A program made the translations under genes and the position numbers. Of a stretch of 64,000 bases of DNA, positions 55,601-64,000 are shown one piece after another (position 1 is the first letter of the stretch; each line of letters starts with the position of its first letter). The stretch is from positions 1-64,000 of IMG/VR virus record IMGVR_UViG_3300022602_001838; one strand, given 5' to 3'. The DNA comes from a virus. The notes under the pieces were generated by a model. That model saw nothing but the letters and a program-made list of their open reading frames with translations, was not told the origin of the DNA and ran no database searches.

Positions 55601-56693
55601 TGTCTGTGTTGTTATTAACGCGACCTTTGAATGCCCACTTGGTCTTTAACAAGTCTTTGAGATTGTCTGTGCCCATTGTTTCTGTGCAAAAATCAGCAAA
55701 GTGTTGTTTAAATTTATTAAGAAGTTCTGGAGTTTGCTCTTGTCTATAACTCCAGCCTGGAATATATTCACTGTAAAATTCATCTCTGCGACCATCTTCG
55801 GCGTTAGCAACTTGACTGCAACGACCGTCCACTGGACCAGTAGTAACACGATAGCAATGAAGCATTGCATCTTTGATTTGTGTGATTACTTCGGGGGTCA
55901 ACGCACTTTTTGCAACACGGCCACTGAAATCAATATCAGTATAATCTTTGAGAACTCTGATGACAAAATCACGAGCGTTGACATCCACGGGATTACCCTC
56001 TGCGTCTCTGCCATATCTGCGTTCAGCGTCACCGTTCATAAAATAAGCCGTCATATTTTTGAACTCACGGTCTTTTAACAGTTTTTTTAATTTTTCTAAG
56101 ATTGGGCTGCCTCTTTCGTCATTTGCTATAAGGTCCCTGACTTTTGTTTCTGCCCAATTTCTATAGTGCGCCCAAACGCTTTTGTACCCACCAGATGCAA
56201 CCTGAACGCTGCTTTTATACTTGAACAAGTCATCAAAGACTTTTTGAAATTTATCGCTACCATGTGCGGTACGCAGAATACCATCTATCAAATCGTTTGT
56301 GGTCTTGCCCTCAATCCATGTAATACTGTTTGGATCATAGCCCGCTGGCACTTCTTGTGGGCCCTCTTTCCATGCTTTTACAGTTCGTACTGGAATCAGT
56401 GTTTCAAACTCAAAACCAACCAACACACCTTTTTCAGCACCCTGACTAATAGCCTGAGCAAACGCTGAGGGGTTCATGGCTACTTCGTCAATATTGTCTT
56501 CTGTGACAGCCTCTTCTTCCATACTGCCGATTGGACTAACATCATTGTCTGTGCCCCAAGTAGCACTGACGCCATTGCCATCAGCCAATGCACCATCGAT
56601 GCCGTTATTCTCTTGAACACCCATCATTAGACCATTAAAGTCTTCGGCTAGTGTGTTCTTCTTGGTGCCTTCAAATAATGTGTATAAGTTCAT
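52689..56693 (-). CDS. Large modular putative head protein containing an amidoligase (COOH-NH2 ligase) domain
   Basis: MNLYTLFE leader; GFEFE, EPDGSL, EVVSPPL, STGLHINVS and FR motifs; tandem ~55-aa repeats; coiled coil. Confidence 0.7.
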   Translation of the reverse strand: MNLYTLFEGTKKNTLAEDFNGLMMGVQENNGIDGALADGNGVSATWGTDNDVSPIGSMEEEAVTEDNIDEVAMNPSAFAQAISQGAEKGVLVGFEFETLIPVRTVKAWKEGPQEVPAGYDPNSITWIEGKTTNDLIDGILRTAHGSDKFQKVFDDLFKYKSSVQVASGGYKSVWAHYRNWAETKVRDLIANDERGSPILEKLKKLLKDREFKNMTAYFMNGDAERRYGRDAEGNPVDVNARDFVIRVLKDYTDIDFSGRVAKSALTPEVITQIKDAMLHCYRVTTGPVDGRCSQVANAEDGRRDEFYSEYIPGWSYRQEQTPELLNKFKQHFADFCTETMGTDNLKDLLKTKWAFKGRVNNNTDTLKEKLWYYVTPGAAEPASLAPRRRSSHSGDYMDGAEFLKANLKDVFGDNMEIFRGYHQATKKLDRWYIEPDGSLRPNQGDYAAEVVSPPLKADAAMTALRTWYQKAQQLNFYTNNSTGLHINVSIPDKLDVLKLATFIGDNYVLKQFGRENNSYARSVINNLKGNGSLPTVGSTTFKDAEKEMKEMVKRISDDHFATVNFNGKYVSFRHAGGDYLSKAADIANTVGRFVRAMIIASDPTAYRDEYVGKLVKMMKAPEVSNSDKLALTDIRSIAARGIPVRFVDVVTTRGSTPEQAIEAAKYWAKSNYGTGRITVKVVPDPSARERLLADSGFATATKENIASAAPENFLRLEMFPTKRSTLEQFADKFSAHGTERGSAFGMYNENRDKNAVGIGYMQTIKQTDPGFVDAVKALRGDTSKPLPLPGTKAAPKADAAKFTSQRTADQEQRLAQGQYSLTNSEGGLIDIINGSEEDALDAAQQYANQRNIHVFVNDDAGRVGGARPQENEYNDDTDDDSFNLTDAQGTMLGQFWGGGDAIQAAQELANARNEAIFIMNSDGQQVGSASPGGEVDESRIFHSDQKVNVIYNPHRSNKKIIVAKAVNHIMAKRVIDTYVHKAEADPTRQKLSAEDFILQPIGNYTREDQYGGGFGGGGIAPVTDTTSPVGGSGMGSLGESKKKDQEADYGDEYQDMVKRVAQQEKRKQQRQQPQKQKTNEAISSPAGKELIRVARRTNPEAQSDTDAVFGYLSGVAKQTRDNYAQVNKILRQLDPLSSELDSTERELQGVETVNKQQQDLLRRLSQRVDQVKTQTLPSKVRAADVPVQQKKDQDSKEREVIRKELDKPVAKDELKQQVHPTPAPVAAPAKSNDHDSITQLQQQIKLIQKQLDKIPGSYGDDSSQKARLTIQKDALISQLRGLKNPANAPMKVTPGHTQELLHDPEELQTELPFDEDEIMESRLYAMKRAGYDII

Positions 56694-57778
56694 TTCGTTT
56701 GTCCTGGAACAGGGTTCTGCTGTGCAGTATTTGTGCTTTGTTGTGGTTGTTGACCCGCTGGCTGATTGGTACCAGTTTGTTGCTGTGCCTGTTGAACTTT
56801 AAGTTCTTTTTGCTTGTCTACTGTATCTGCTTTGGTAATCAACTGTTTCATTTGTGCAGCAGTCTGTGGGTTTTGCAAGGCCTTGCTTGTAGCAACTGCC
56901 AATGGTTCCATTTGCTTTAACTCTTGTGCATTTAAATCAGTGTTTGGCTTGTCATCAAGTTTAGTCATAGTATCACTGAACTTGACTTTATTTAATGGCT
57001 GCGCTGCACCCTGTTGATTTAATGCTGTAGATAACTGATTGGTATTCTTTTGAATCTGTTGCTGATCCATTTTCTGTTGTTGAGCTTTTGGATCGGGATT
57101 TTGATTTGTACTACCTTGTGGGGCTTGACTAGCAGCACCATAGCCACCAGTGCCACCATACTCGTTCAAGTCTTCTTTATCTTGCCACCAGTATTTTTGA
57201 CCTGCCTGCGTAGCTTTGGTTGGACGAGCTTTTGCTTTTGGACCACGATAGCCACGTTCCCATGCTGCTGCACCTGCTGCTGCTGATTTGCCCTGTTTAA
57301 CAAAGTGAGCAATCACTGCCTGCTTGCTGTCTAGTTCTTCTGCTATGAGTTGATTTATAAATGACTCGTTGATTTCGACTGGCATCATCTTACAAACTTC
57401 TTTTTTGGTCTCTATCTTAGCACTGGGCACACGTTGTTTCAACATCATCAAGTCTTGTTCTGCTTGTCCAAGATTGTTATATTTTGACGCTGGCTTATCA
57501 TTTACATAAAGAACAAACTCGTCTGCACTTTCTTTAAACTCTTGGAACTCACGCATTAATTGATGTGCGTTGGTACGAGGATTCTCTACTAGTGCTTTTT
57601 CTAGGTCTTTGATAATGCTTTCTTCTGCACTGCCACCAACCATTTTGTTCTTGGCCTGGCTTGCTTTGTCAGTGCCTTTCCAGTATCCAGGAAACTTTGG
57701 ACCCGTTGGCTTCTTAGTATCGCTTTTCATACTTTCGTCAATGCGGGCTAACTTGCCCAACAGGTCTCGCATACTCAT
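56690..57778 (-). CDS. Modular hypothetical protein (putative head protein)
   Basis: MRDLLGKLARIDES leader; segments bounded by xES/xE motifs; Gln-rich tail. Confidence 0.6.
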   Translation of the reverse strand: MSMRDLLGKLARIDESMKSDTKKPTGPKFPGYWKGTDKASQAKNKMVGGSAEESIIKDLEKALVENPRTNAHQLMREFQEFKESADEFVLYVNDKPASKYNNLGQAEQDLMMLKQRVPSAKIETKKEVCKMMPVEINESFINQLIAEELDSKQAVIAHFVKQGKSAAAGAAAWERGYRGPKAKARPTKATQAGQKYWWQDKEDLNEYGGTGGYGAASQAPQGSTNQNPDPKAQQQKMDQQQIQKNTNQLSTALNQQGAAQPLNKVKFSDTMTKLDDKPNTDLNAQELKQMEPLAVATSKALQNPQTAAQMKQLITKADTVDKQKELKVQQAQQQTGTNQPAGQQPQQSTNTAQQNPVPGQTK

Positions 57779-58965
57779 CTTTTAATCATCCCTGATTTCT
57801 TTGGCTTTTTGGCTTTGAATGGACTGTTCTTTTGGCTATAGTTACCACCAAACAATGTACCAACATTGCTGCCTTTACCAACGCTCATAGATGTAGCAAT
57901 ACCACCAGCACCGCCACCTGCACTGGCAAACTCCATCAATTTGCTTTCAAACATCTCAGCATAGTCTGGGCTTTCCTTCATACCAGGATAGCGCTGTTTG
58001 CCGGGCTGTCCTTCGTTGCCATCATCACGAATTGGATGTGCTTCGTCACTGTAGTTGCCTCTTGGCATTTTTTGCGCCACACTTTGCTTTTGTAGATAAG
58101 CATAGTTGGTTACCAGGTCGCCTGGAAAGTCTTCGTTATACGTAAATAACATACGAGCACGACGGTCACCTAGTTCATCACGAGCAATAGTATATGCCGC
58201 TCCTAATACTTCTTCAGCAGAACCTGACGAAACTAAATTGGGATTTTCATTAAAGACTTGTTGTGCCAACTGTTCTGCATAATTAGAGCCTTCCGCCACA
58301 CCTTGATCGCCTTTGATAGAAAAAGGTTTCATTCCCATTTTCTGTCTAAGCACATTGATTTCTTGTATGGTTCTGAACTCACCATCTTGACATTTCAAAC
58401 GCATAGGTTCATTCTCGTCCCACGATGTGAATTTTCCGCGTTTGTTTATTGCCGGGGTAGCACTAGCACGGCCATCCAATCCTTCCGTCATGCCTTGTTC
58501 AAACATACCAGATTGGCCACGATGCATTTCTTTTTCGCTGATCAAATACTGCATAACGCTGGTCAACATACCTTTGGCAGCGCCCATCTTTTCTGCTACC
58601 CATTCAGGAATATCATCATCGGCACTGATATTTTTGTTTAAGTACACTGCCACGCGGTGTATGGTGTGTAGGCTGTTTTTAAATGTAGAACCATCATGCT
58701 CGGGTTCGCCGATGAATTCTTCGCCCACGCCTTGCTCACCAAGCCCATGTACTCTCAACGACTTCTCGTAATGAGATTCTTCATCGTTTGCTGGCTCATC
58801 GTCAAAATCATCAAAATCCCCATCAAATTCTTCTTCATCGTGATTGCCGTGCAAATCGTTGTAATAATCTTCATCACTGTCATAGTTATGAGGATTGATT
58901 TCATTGACGGTCTTGATAGATTCTGTCATCAATTTATTAATGTTAAAAAGATCGTTGGTTTTCAT
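57775..58965 (-). CDS. Modular hypothetical protein with QG(V/M)xE linkers (putative head protein)
   Basis: QGVGEE, QGMTEG, QGVAEG; ATAAATA at 58987-58993. Confidence 0.65.
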   Translation of the reverse strand: MKTNDLFNINKLMTESIKTVNEINPHNYDSDEDYYNDLHGNHDEEEFDGDFDDFDDEPANDEESHYEKSLRVHGLGEQGVGEEFIGEPEHDGSTFKNSLHTIHRVAVYLNKNISADDDIPEWVAEKMGAAKGMLTSVMQYLISEKEMHRGQSGMFEQGMTEGLDGRASATPAINKRGKFTSWDENEPMRLKCQDGEFRTIQEINVLRQKMGMKPFSIKGDQGVAEGSNYAEQLAQQVFNENPNLVSSGSAEEVLGAAYTIARDELGDRRARMLFTYNEDFPGDLVTNYAYLQKQSVAQKMPRGNYSDEAHPIRDDGNEGQPGKQRYPGMKESPDYAEMFESKLMEFASAGGGAGGIATSMSVGKGSNVGTLFGGNYSQKNSPFKAKKPKKSGMIKR

Positions 58966-60113
58966 ATTATTTTATCCGTGTTAGCGTATTTATGCGAAAA
59001 ACAATCCGCCGCCTCTGACATTGACTTCCCCGTTTATAGTCATATTTTGTGTGTAAAATACTGGGTCAGAGTTACATTCACGCACATACAATCTGTGCGC
59101 CCCTGGTTCAATATTAATTTCGATGTGTTCTCTAATGAATACATCGTATGCAGCCCAAGTCCAACTGCGTTCTGTGAGCATTTCATCATCAACATAGATG
59201 CGGTAGCTGGGCTGGCCTTCGCTACGACTGCAATAAACATCCACAGTTAAACTTACTGCTGCCATTATTTTGCCTTCTTCATACCAGCAATCAAGGCAAG
59301 CTCTTGATCAATACTTTGGACCACGCTTTCTGTCAGACCTTGCTTATGAATGAATCCACGACTATTTTGTGGAACATTTGTGGTGCAAAACTTGCCGCAT
59401 ACTTTGCCAGTTTTGTCAGTAGCGTGATGAGTCCACTCTAGATCATTTTTTGGTTTAATAACATTCAACCCTTGCGATTTTGCGTCATCTGTCCAAGATT
59501 TCAAATCTCGGTGCAACACTCTGCCTTCTGCCACACCTTGCTTGATGCTTTTAAGAATAGATTTAGCCTGGGTGCTAGAATCATATGAGCCAATTTGAGT
59601 GTTGACTCTTCCCATTGCTTGGAGAATTTTTCCATCGGCAGCATAATGAGTGACCTTGCCACCTTTTACTCTGAACAATATGCCGCGAAAACTATAAATG
59701 CCATCCGGTTTGCTTACTGACTTATCAATAATTAAATTTACATTATCGTTATCTAACACCCCGTACTGGATTTTGCCTTCCGCCACACCTTGCTCCCAAA
59801 CTTTAGAACCAGCACCTTTATTCTTGTCCCAGAAATGTGAGCCGGCATCTGTTTGGTGTTGACTACGATTGATTCTAAAGCCTTTTGCTTTGAGCATATC
59901 ATACACTGTTTGAGCGATGCCTTGCCCTCTGTATTCAGGTGTTACAGACATATCCTGTGCTTCAAGATCATGGCCAAGCATATCAAATGTAAAGCCTGCC
60001 ACTTGTTTTCCGCCCAATGTAACATCAACATAAAGTTCTTCACCTGCTGTTTCTATGTTGAATTTCATCTTGGGTTTGACGAATTTGTCCAATAAGCCTT
60101 CCGCCAAGCCGCC
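58289..60113 (-). repeat. Dispersed 17-bp repeat CAAGGTGTGGCGGAAGG (encodes QGVAEG)
   Basis: Identical copies at 58289-58305 and 59776-59792; one mismatch at 59524-59540; degenerate copies at 58481-58497, 58718-58734, 59326-59342 and 60097-60113. Confidence 0.85.
58990..59265 (-). CDS. Hypothetical beta-rich protein
   Basis: PSYRIYVDDEMLTER; resembles the N-terminus of 60743-61219. Confidence 0.65.
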   Translation of the reverse strand: MAAVSLTVDVYCSRSEGQPSYRIYVDDEMLTERSWTWAAYDVFIREHIEINIEPGAHRLYVRECNSDPVFYTQNMTINGEVNVRGGGLFFA

Positions 60114-60716
60114 GCCCAAATACTTGTCTAGTATTTGTCTTGCCACTGCTGGATTGCGAGGATACAGGTCTGCGATAATGGCATTCTTTTGTGCATCATC
60201 TGCTTGTGGCCACATTGTGCGTATTTGTGTAGCACTGGTTACTCCACTGGGGCCTGCATCAAACTGTACAGTTGGCAAGTAGACCATGTAACCATGTTGA
60301 CTCATTGGAGCAAGATTGCCCTTGTGATATGGTTGTAGATAACTGGGAGTACCGTCTTTTTTGACACCACCTGCCCCTGGTGGTTCATTGCGATCTTTTT
60401 CGCTACGTGCAAAGATCAACACAGTATTATCAGGATCGTATTGACCAGTAACTTCTTTTGCTACAAAAGGGCTTTTTACCAGTTGGAAGTTCTTGGGGTT
60501 CACACCAGCGATCTGAGCAAGTTTTTGCTTTTCGGCAAATGGAAAAGGACGATCTTTACGGTCGTCCGTTGCTACATAAACGATGTGTGCTCCTGGGAAT
60601 GCTTGCTCTGCTGCTCGGTACAAGCTCAAGTGTCCGGGGTGAAATGGGTGAAAACCCCCTGGGATTAAGACCAGGGTTTGTTTTTGCTGTGCTTCAAAAA
60701 GATCAAGAATGAACAT
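59265..60716 (-). CDS. Modular protein: HxGH nucleotidyltransferase, GNAT acetyltransferase and two small modules
   Basis: MFILDLFE leader; PGGFHPFHPGH, SATQIR; V.PEYRGQGIA; modules separated by GLAEG, QGVAEG and QGLTES; ATAAATA at 60734-60740. Confidence 0.75.
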   Translation of the reverse strand: MFILDLFEAQQKQTLVLIPGGFHPFHPGHLSLYRAAEQAFPGAHIVYVATDDRKDRPFPFAEKQKLAQIAGVNPKNFQLVKSPFVAKEVTGQYDPDNTVLIFARSEKDRNEPPGAGGVKKDGTPSYLQPYHKGNLAPMSQHGYMVYLPTVQFDAGPSGVTSATQIRTMWPQADDAQKNAIIADLYPRNPAVARQILDKYLGGGLAEGLLDKFVKPKMKFNIETAGEELYVDVTLGGKQVAGFTFDMLGHDLEAQDMSVTPEYRGQGIAQTVYDMLKAKGFRINRSQHQTDAGSHFWDKNKGAGSKVWEQGVAEGKIQYGVLDNDNVNLIIDKSVSKPDGIYSFRGILFRVKGGKVTHYAADGKILQAMGRVNTQIGSYDSSTQAKSILKSIKQGVAEGRVLHRDLKSWTDDAKSQGLNVIKPKNDLEWTHHATDKTGKVCGKFCTTNVPQNSRGFIHKQGLTESVVQSIDQELALIAGMKKAK

Positions 60717-60742
60717 ATTATACGCCTATAGCGTATTTATGC

Positions 60743-61219
60743 TCACATTGTTTCTAGAAGCCAGATGTAGAAGGGGTTGGTCCAAGTCAAAGACCAAGCA
60801 CCGTTCCAGCCCATATTCACACATTTGTTGATGGTCTGAGTAGTTTCGCCTTTGTAAACCACTGGCATCTTGGTTGTATAAACCCCGTGATCGTAAGGAA
60901 TCATACCTAGATCAATCTCATCAATCTCAACGCTGACAACATTCAACAGCATATCTGCTACGATTGTATAGTTGTCGGGATCAGTGTCATTGTCTTTTTT
61001 AGTGTCTGAGGGTTCTTTGTTCAACAACTCAACTTTGAGTGTGGCATTGTCAGTGGTGTACTCTACATCAAACTCGTGATATTCGACTACCCCTGTTTCT
61101 GCCTGTACGCTACCCTCAGACAACACAGCTTCATTGAAGCTGATACGATACTGGGGACGTTTGTCCCAGTACGTACCACTCAGACCCAGTTTGATGTGAA
61201 TCTTTTCTAGGTCTGCCAT
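60743..61219 (-). CDS. Hypothetical beta-rich protein
   Basis: MGWNG.W.L....PFYIWLLE C-terminus. Confidence 0.65.
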   Translation of the reverse strand: MADLEKIHIKLGLSGTYWDKRPQYRISFNEAVLSEGSVQAETGVVEYHEFDVEYTTDNATLKVELLNKEPSDTKKDNDTDPDNYTIVADMLLNVVSVEIDEIDLGMIPYDHGVYTTKMPVVYKGETTQTINKCVNMGWNGAWSLTWTNPFYIWLLETM

Positions 61220-61221
61220 GT

Positions 61222-62127
61222 TTATGCCTTTTGTGGACCTGCAACTGGTTGACCAGCTTTGGCCATACCGATAGCGTCAAGCAGAGCCTGAGGAGCCCCT
61301 TGTGGCACACCGTGATCTTCGCCGTGATACTGATTCTTGGCCTGACCAACAATGTCCAACTTGCTAAGATCGCCTTGGAACTCATAGTGTCCAATGTGAT
61401 TCAACAAGACCTTGCTGTGTGCCCAAATCTCGCCACCCAGCTTTTGCCAACGACGGCAGAACAACCAGTCTTCTGACAAGTAGTGACCACGCTCATCGAT
61501 CTCACAATCAAAGATCGAGTACATCATTGGCTCGTATTGTTTGCCTAGGCCTACATCGTCAACATATTTTGTATCTGGATGTGCAGCAATCAACTTCTCA
61601 TAGACCTGACGCTTGAACAACAAGAAGCCTGTACCAGCTGTGTCAACTGTAAAGATATCGCCCTGAATCTTAGTTTCTGGTTTCAAGTTAATAACATAGT
61701 TGACTGGCAACGCTTTCTTGGGATACAGACCAGCAATGACTTCTTTGTCGCAGGCCAACATTTTCAAGATAGCATCTGGTTCAAAGCGAATGTCAGCATC
61801 AATAAACATAAAGTGAGTTGCTGTTTGATTGGTCATCATTTTGGCCATCAAGTTGTTACGACCACGAGTGATCAACGACTCGTTAACCATTGTATCTAGT
61901 GACCAGTTTAACCCAGCTTGTTGTGCCAACAAGATGAAACGCAACAGACTTGTGACTGTTGGTTCGCTCATCATACCACCATAACATGGGATACCGATGT
62001 GCAAATGAACTTGTCTAAAGTCGAAGGGAACGCCCTGCGGTTGTGCCTGAGCTTGCTGTGCTTGTTTAGCTGCCGCTGCCTTGATTAGGTTAACGGCGTC
62101 ACTTTGAGATTTTTTCTTGTCTGTCAT
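61222..62127 (-). CDS. GT-A glycosyltransferase-like protein
   Basis: IPCYGG, NESLITRGRN, FIDADI (DxD), GTGF, SEDW.FC and HIG motifs. Confidence 0.75.
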   Translation of the reverse strand: MTDKKKSQSDAVNLIKAAAAKQAQQAQAQPQGVPFDFRQVHLHIGIPCYGGMMSEPTVTSLLRFILLAQQAGLNWSLDTMVNESLITRGRNNLMAKMMTNQTATHFMFIDADIRFEPDAILKMLACDKEVIAGLYPKKALPVNYVINLKPETKIQGDIFTVDTAGTGFLLFKRQVYEKLIAAHPDTKYVDDVGLGKQYEPMMYSIFDCEIDERGHYLSEDWLFCRRWQKLGGEIWAHSKVLLNHIGHYEFQGDLSKLDIVGQAKNQYHGEDHGVPQGAPQALLDAIGMAKAGQPVAGPQKA

Positions 62128-62143
62128 TTTTTACTTTCTTGAG

Positions 62144-62311
62144 TTATGCTTTTTGAACTTCTACGATTACGTTGGCACCGGCCAATTCCTGTGCTACCAC
62201 TTCTAAATTAGTCAGTGTGTCGTCATTGATGATTTGTGTAACGTCTTCTTCACTGTCTTTAATCAAAGTACTGAATGTAAGAACTACTGTTTCTTGGTTA
62301 ATTTTGGCCAT
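62144..62311 (-). CDS. 55-aa hypothetical protein (MAKINQETVVLTFS...)
   Basis: Read manually; AAGGAG RBS and ATAAATA at 62338-62344. Confidence 0.7.
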   Translation of the reverse strand: MAKINQETVVLTFSTLIKDSEEDVTQIINDDTLTNLEVVAQELAGANVIVEVQKA

Positions 62312-62340
62312 ATGCCACTCCTTGAATAATATGCTAGTAT

Positions 62341-63081
62341 TTATTGGAGGTGATCTATGGGGTGAATTTTTCCTACGATGCCAGGACTAATCAATGATAA
62401 AATAGTTGCAATACTGTCATCGTTTGCGTAGATGTATGCTCCCCAAAGGGCTGGATACTTTTTCTTTAGATGTGTCAGTACACCTCCTGGGATTTTAACA
62501 TCATCTCGGGCGGTTAACTGTGCCAGAATACTTCGTTTGGTTTCTAATGGGTAATTTCCGTCTCGCAACACAATCTTGTATTTGTATTCCGTTTTGTTCA
62601 GAAACACCACATTGTTGCGCAACGCATCTTCTGTGCCAGGTTTGGGTATGTTGATACTATACAAGTTGTCGTAAGAACTGATAGCTTCACTTATGATCTT
62701 TAGATCATATTCTGTTTCAGCATATACTTGTAGCATATTGCCCTCAGTTCTAAACTTGACTATGTGTTTGTGTGTTTTAATCACAGTGCGAACACGGTCA
62801 ATCAAAAACTCATCAACATCATCCCAGTTAATATAAGGGTTGTAGGTATAATTATTACTAGATTGATAGAAACCGCGATAGCCCATGCCTGCGTTGCCAC
62901 TATTAGCAGCAAGTCTATGCTTTATAACATAGGCAACGATATCCTCACAAAACTTGTCAGTGGCTAGATTTACCTTTTTTATATCATACACCAACCGCCA
63001 CAAGTAGCGGTTGAAGTATTGTTTTTTGGTAGTCTCTAGCTTGATATTGTGATTTAGATTAACCCAATACGATGAATCCAT
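62341..63081 (-). CDS. Hypothetical protein
   Basis: Long ORF; start placed at MDSSYW, overlapping the end of the clp gene. Confidence 0.65.
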   Translation of the reverse strand: MDSSYWVNLNHNIKLETTKKQYFNRYLWRLVYDIKKVNLATDKFCEDIVAYVIKHRLAANSGNAGMGYRGFYQSSNNYTYNPYINWDDVDEFLIDRVRTVIKTHKHIVKFRTEGNMLQVYAETEYDLKIISEAISSYDNLYSINIPKPGTEDALRNNVVFLNKTEYKYKIVLRDGNYPLETKRSILAQLTARDDVKIPGGVLTHLKKKYPALWGAYIYANDDSIATILSLISPGIVGKIHPIDHLQ

Positions 63082-64000
63082 TTTCATCCACTTGAGGTTG
63101 ATGGGTAGTAATCGTACTGAATTCAAACTTGTCATCGTTGAAATCAATTTCGACTGTGTTGTTTGGAGCGATGCCTTCGAACAAGATTTTCTTGCTCAAT
63201 GGAACTTTGATTAGTTCGTTGATCTTACGACCCAACGGACGAGCACCCATCTTGCTGTCATAACCAACTGTGGCCAGATGATCAACTGCTGCTTCGCTCA
63301 AACGAACTCTTATACCCTTTTCAGATAACAAGTCGTTGAGTTCGTTGATAAACTTGGCAACGATTTTCTTGACACTGAATGTATCCAACTTGTTGAACTT
63401 GCAGATAGCATCAATACGATTGCGGAACTCTGGCTTAAAGTAGTCTTTGACTGCTTTGTCATCTTCGCCACTGCGCTCAAGATCACGACCAAAGCCGATT
63501 GCATTACGCTCATTAGCGGCAGCACCCAAGTTACTAGTCATAATAATGATAGCATTACGAGCATCTGCTTTTTTACCACTGCTGCTTGTGACTGTACCTT
63601 CATCCATCAGACTCAGCAACACATTGCTAACGTCTGGGTGAGCTTTTTCGATCTCGTCAAACAAGATGATACTATTTGGATTCTTTTCCAAATCACTGAT
63701 CAACAGGCCACCACCCAAGTTGCCGTCATCATAGCCAACATAGCCAGGGGGCGCACCAATCAGTTTGGCTGCTGTGTGTTTCTCTTGATATTCGCTCATA
63801 TCATAGCGAACAAGTTTCATACCCAAGTTGTCAGCAAGCAATTTAGCCAGTTCTGTTTTACCAGTACCTGTTGGACCCAAGAACAAGAAACTTCCAATGG
63901 GCTTGTTCACAGATTTCAACCCAGCACGACTGACATAAATCTTTTCAAGCACATTCTCAACGACCTGATCTTGACCATAGAGCTTAGTGCGAATGTTTGA
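63059..64000 (-). CDS. clpA: ClpA/ClpB-type AAA+ chaperone, second ATPase domain (5' end outside the window)
   Basis: GPTGTGKT, DMSEYQEKH, LIGAPPGYVG, FDEIEKAH, MTSN, PEFRNRID and GARPL motifs. Confidence 0.9.
   Translation of the reverse strand, partial: SNIRTKLYGQDQVVENVLEKIYVSRAGLKSVNKPIGSFLFLGPTGTGKTELAKLLADNLGMKLVRYDMSEYQEKHTAAKLIGAPPGYVGYDDGNLGGGLLISDLEKNPNSIILFDEIEKAHPDVSNVLLSLMDEGTVTSSSGKKADARNAIIIMTSNLGAAANERNAIGFGRDLERSGEDDKAVKDYFKPEFRNRIDAICKFNKLDTFSVKKIVAKFINELNDLLSEKGIRVRLSEAAVDHLATVGYDSKMGARPLGRKINELIKVPLSKKILFEGIAPNNTVEIDFNDDKFEFSTITTHQPQVDENGFIVLG

Noticed and set aside
58289-60113. The 17-bp repeats as a CRISPR array
   Set aside because: They are too short, irregularly spaced (about 190-600 bp), in frame within long ORFs, and no cas genes are present.
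105-63641. Numerous 60-190 aa antisense or out-of-frame ORFs in the track (e.g. 1906-2418, 16295-16816, 17268-17810, 22104-22667, 23830-24348, 58696-59250)
   Set aside because: They lie wholly within well-supported genes, have no RBS or motifs, and look like shadow ORFs.
1-64000. Stop-codon reassignment (alternative genetic code)
   Set aside because: Conserved genes are full length under the standard code, and TAA, TGA and TAG all end genes at sensible positions.
1-64000. Bacterial chromosome or eukaryotic giant-virus origin
   Set aside because: T4-type RNase H and late promoters, Shine-Dalgarno sites, sigma70 promoters, dense overlapping small ORFs and the absence of cellular core operons all point to a large bacteriophage.

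Overview
This window is a gene-dense, ~42% GC (by eye) segment of a large lytic dsDNA bacteriophage (T4-like/'huge phage' type). Support: family B DNA polymerase, probable sliding clamp, T4-type RNase H, ThyA/DHFR, MoxR AAA+/VWA pair, Dps, ClpA/B, sigma70-type promoters and T4-like late promoters ((T)ATAAATA). From left to right: (1) 1-13.2 kb, a glycan/small-molecule modification cluster (radical SAM, SGNH-like proteins, carbamoyltransferase, APS kinase, GT-like proteins, DegT aminotransferase, epimerase). (2) 13-27 kb, nucleotide metabolism, small ORFs, a DNA methyltransferase and a GIY-YIG homing endonuclease. (3) 27-45 kb, a dispersed 7-deazaguanine DNA-modification system (folE, queD, queE, a DpdL-like QueD paralog, a divergent TGT/DpdA; no queC in the window) with extra redox, sulfo- and glycosyltransferase genes. 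(4) 44-49 kb, replication genes. (5) 51-61 kb, putative head-packaged modular proteins. Best leads: a preQ1-I-like pseudoknot plus RBS-sequestering hairpin upstream of queD; a 17-bp/QGVAEG repeat that separates unrelated enzyme modules inside virion polyproteins; a ~70-nt late-promoter/hairpin leader present twice; and an orphan multi-stem RNA at 50.65-50.75 kb. No tRNA, rRNA or CRISPR array was recognised. All calls come from reading motifs by eye; no database searches were run.
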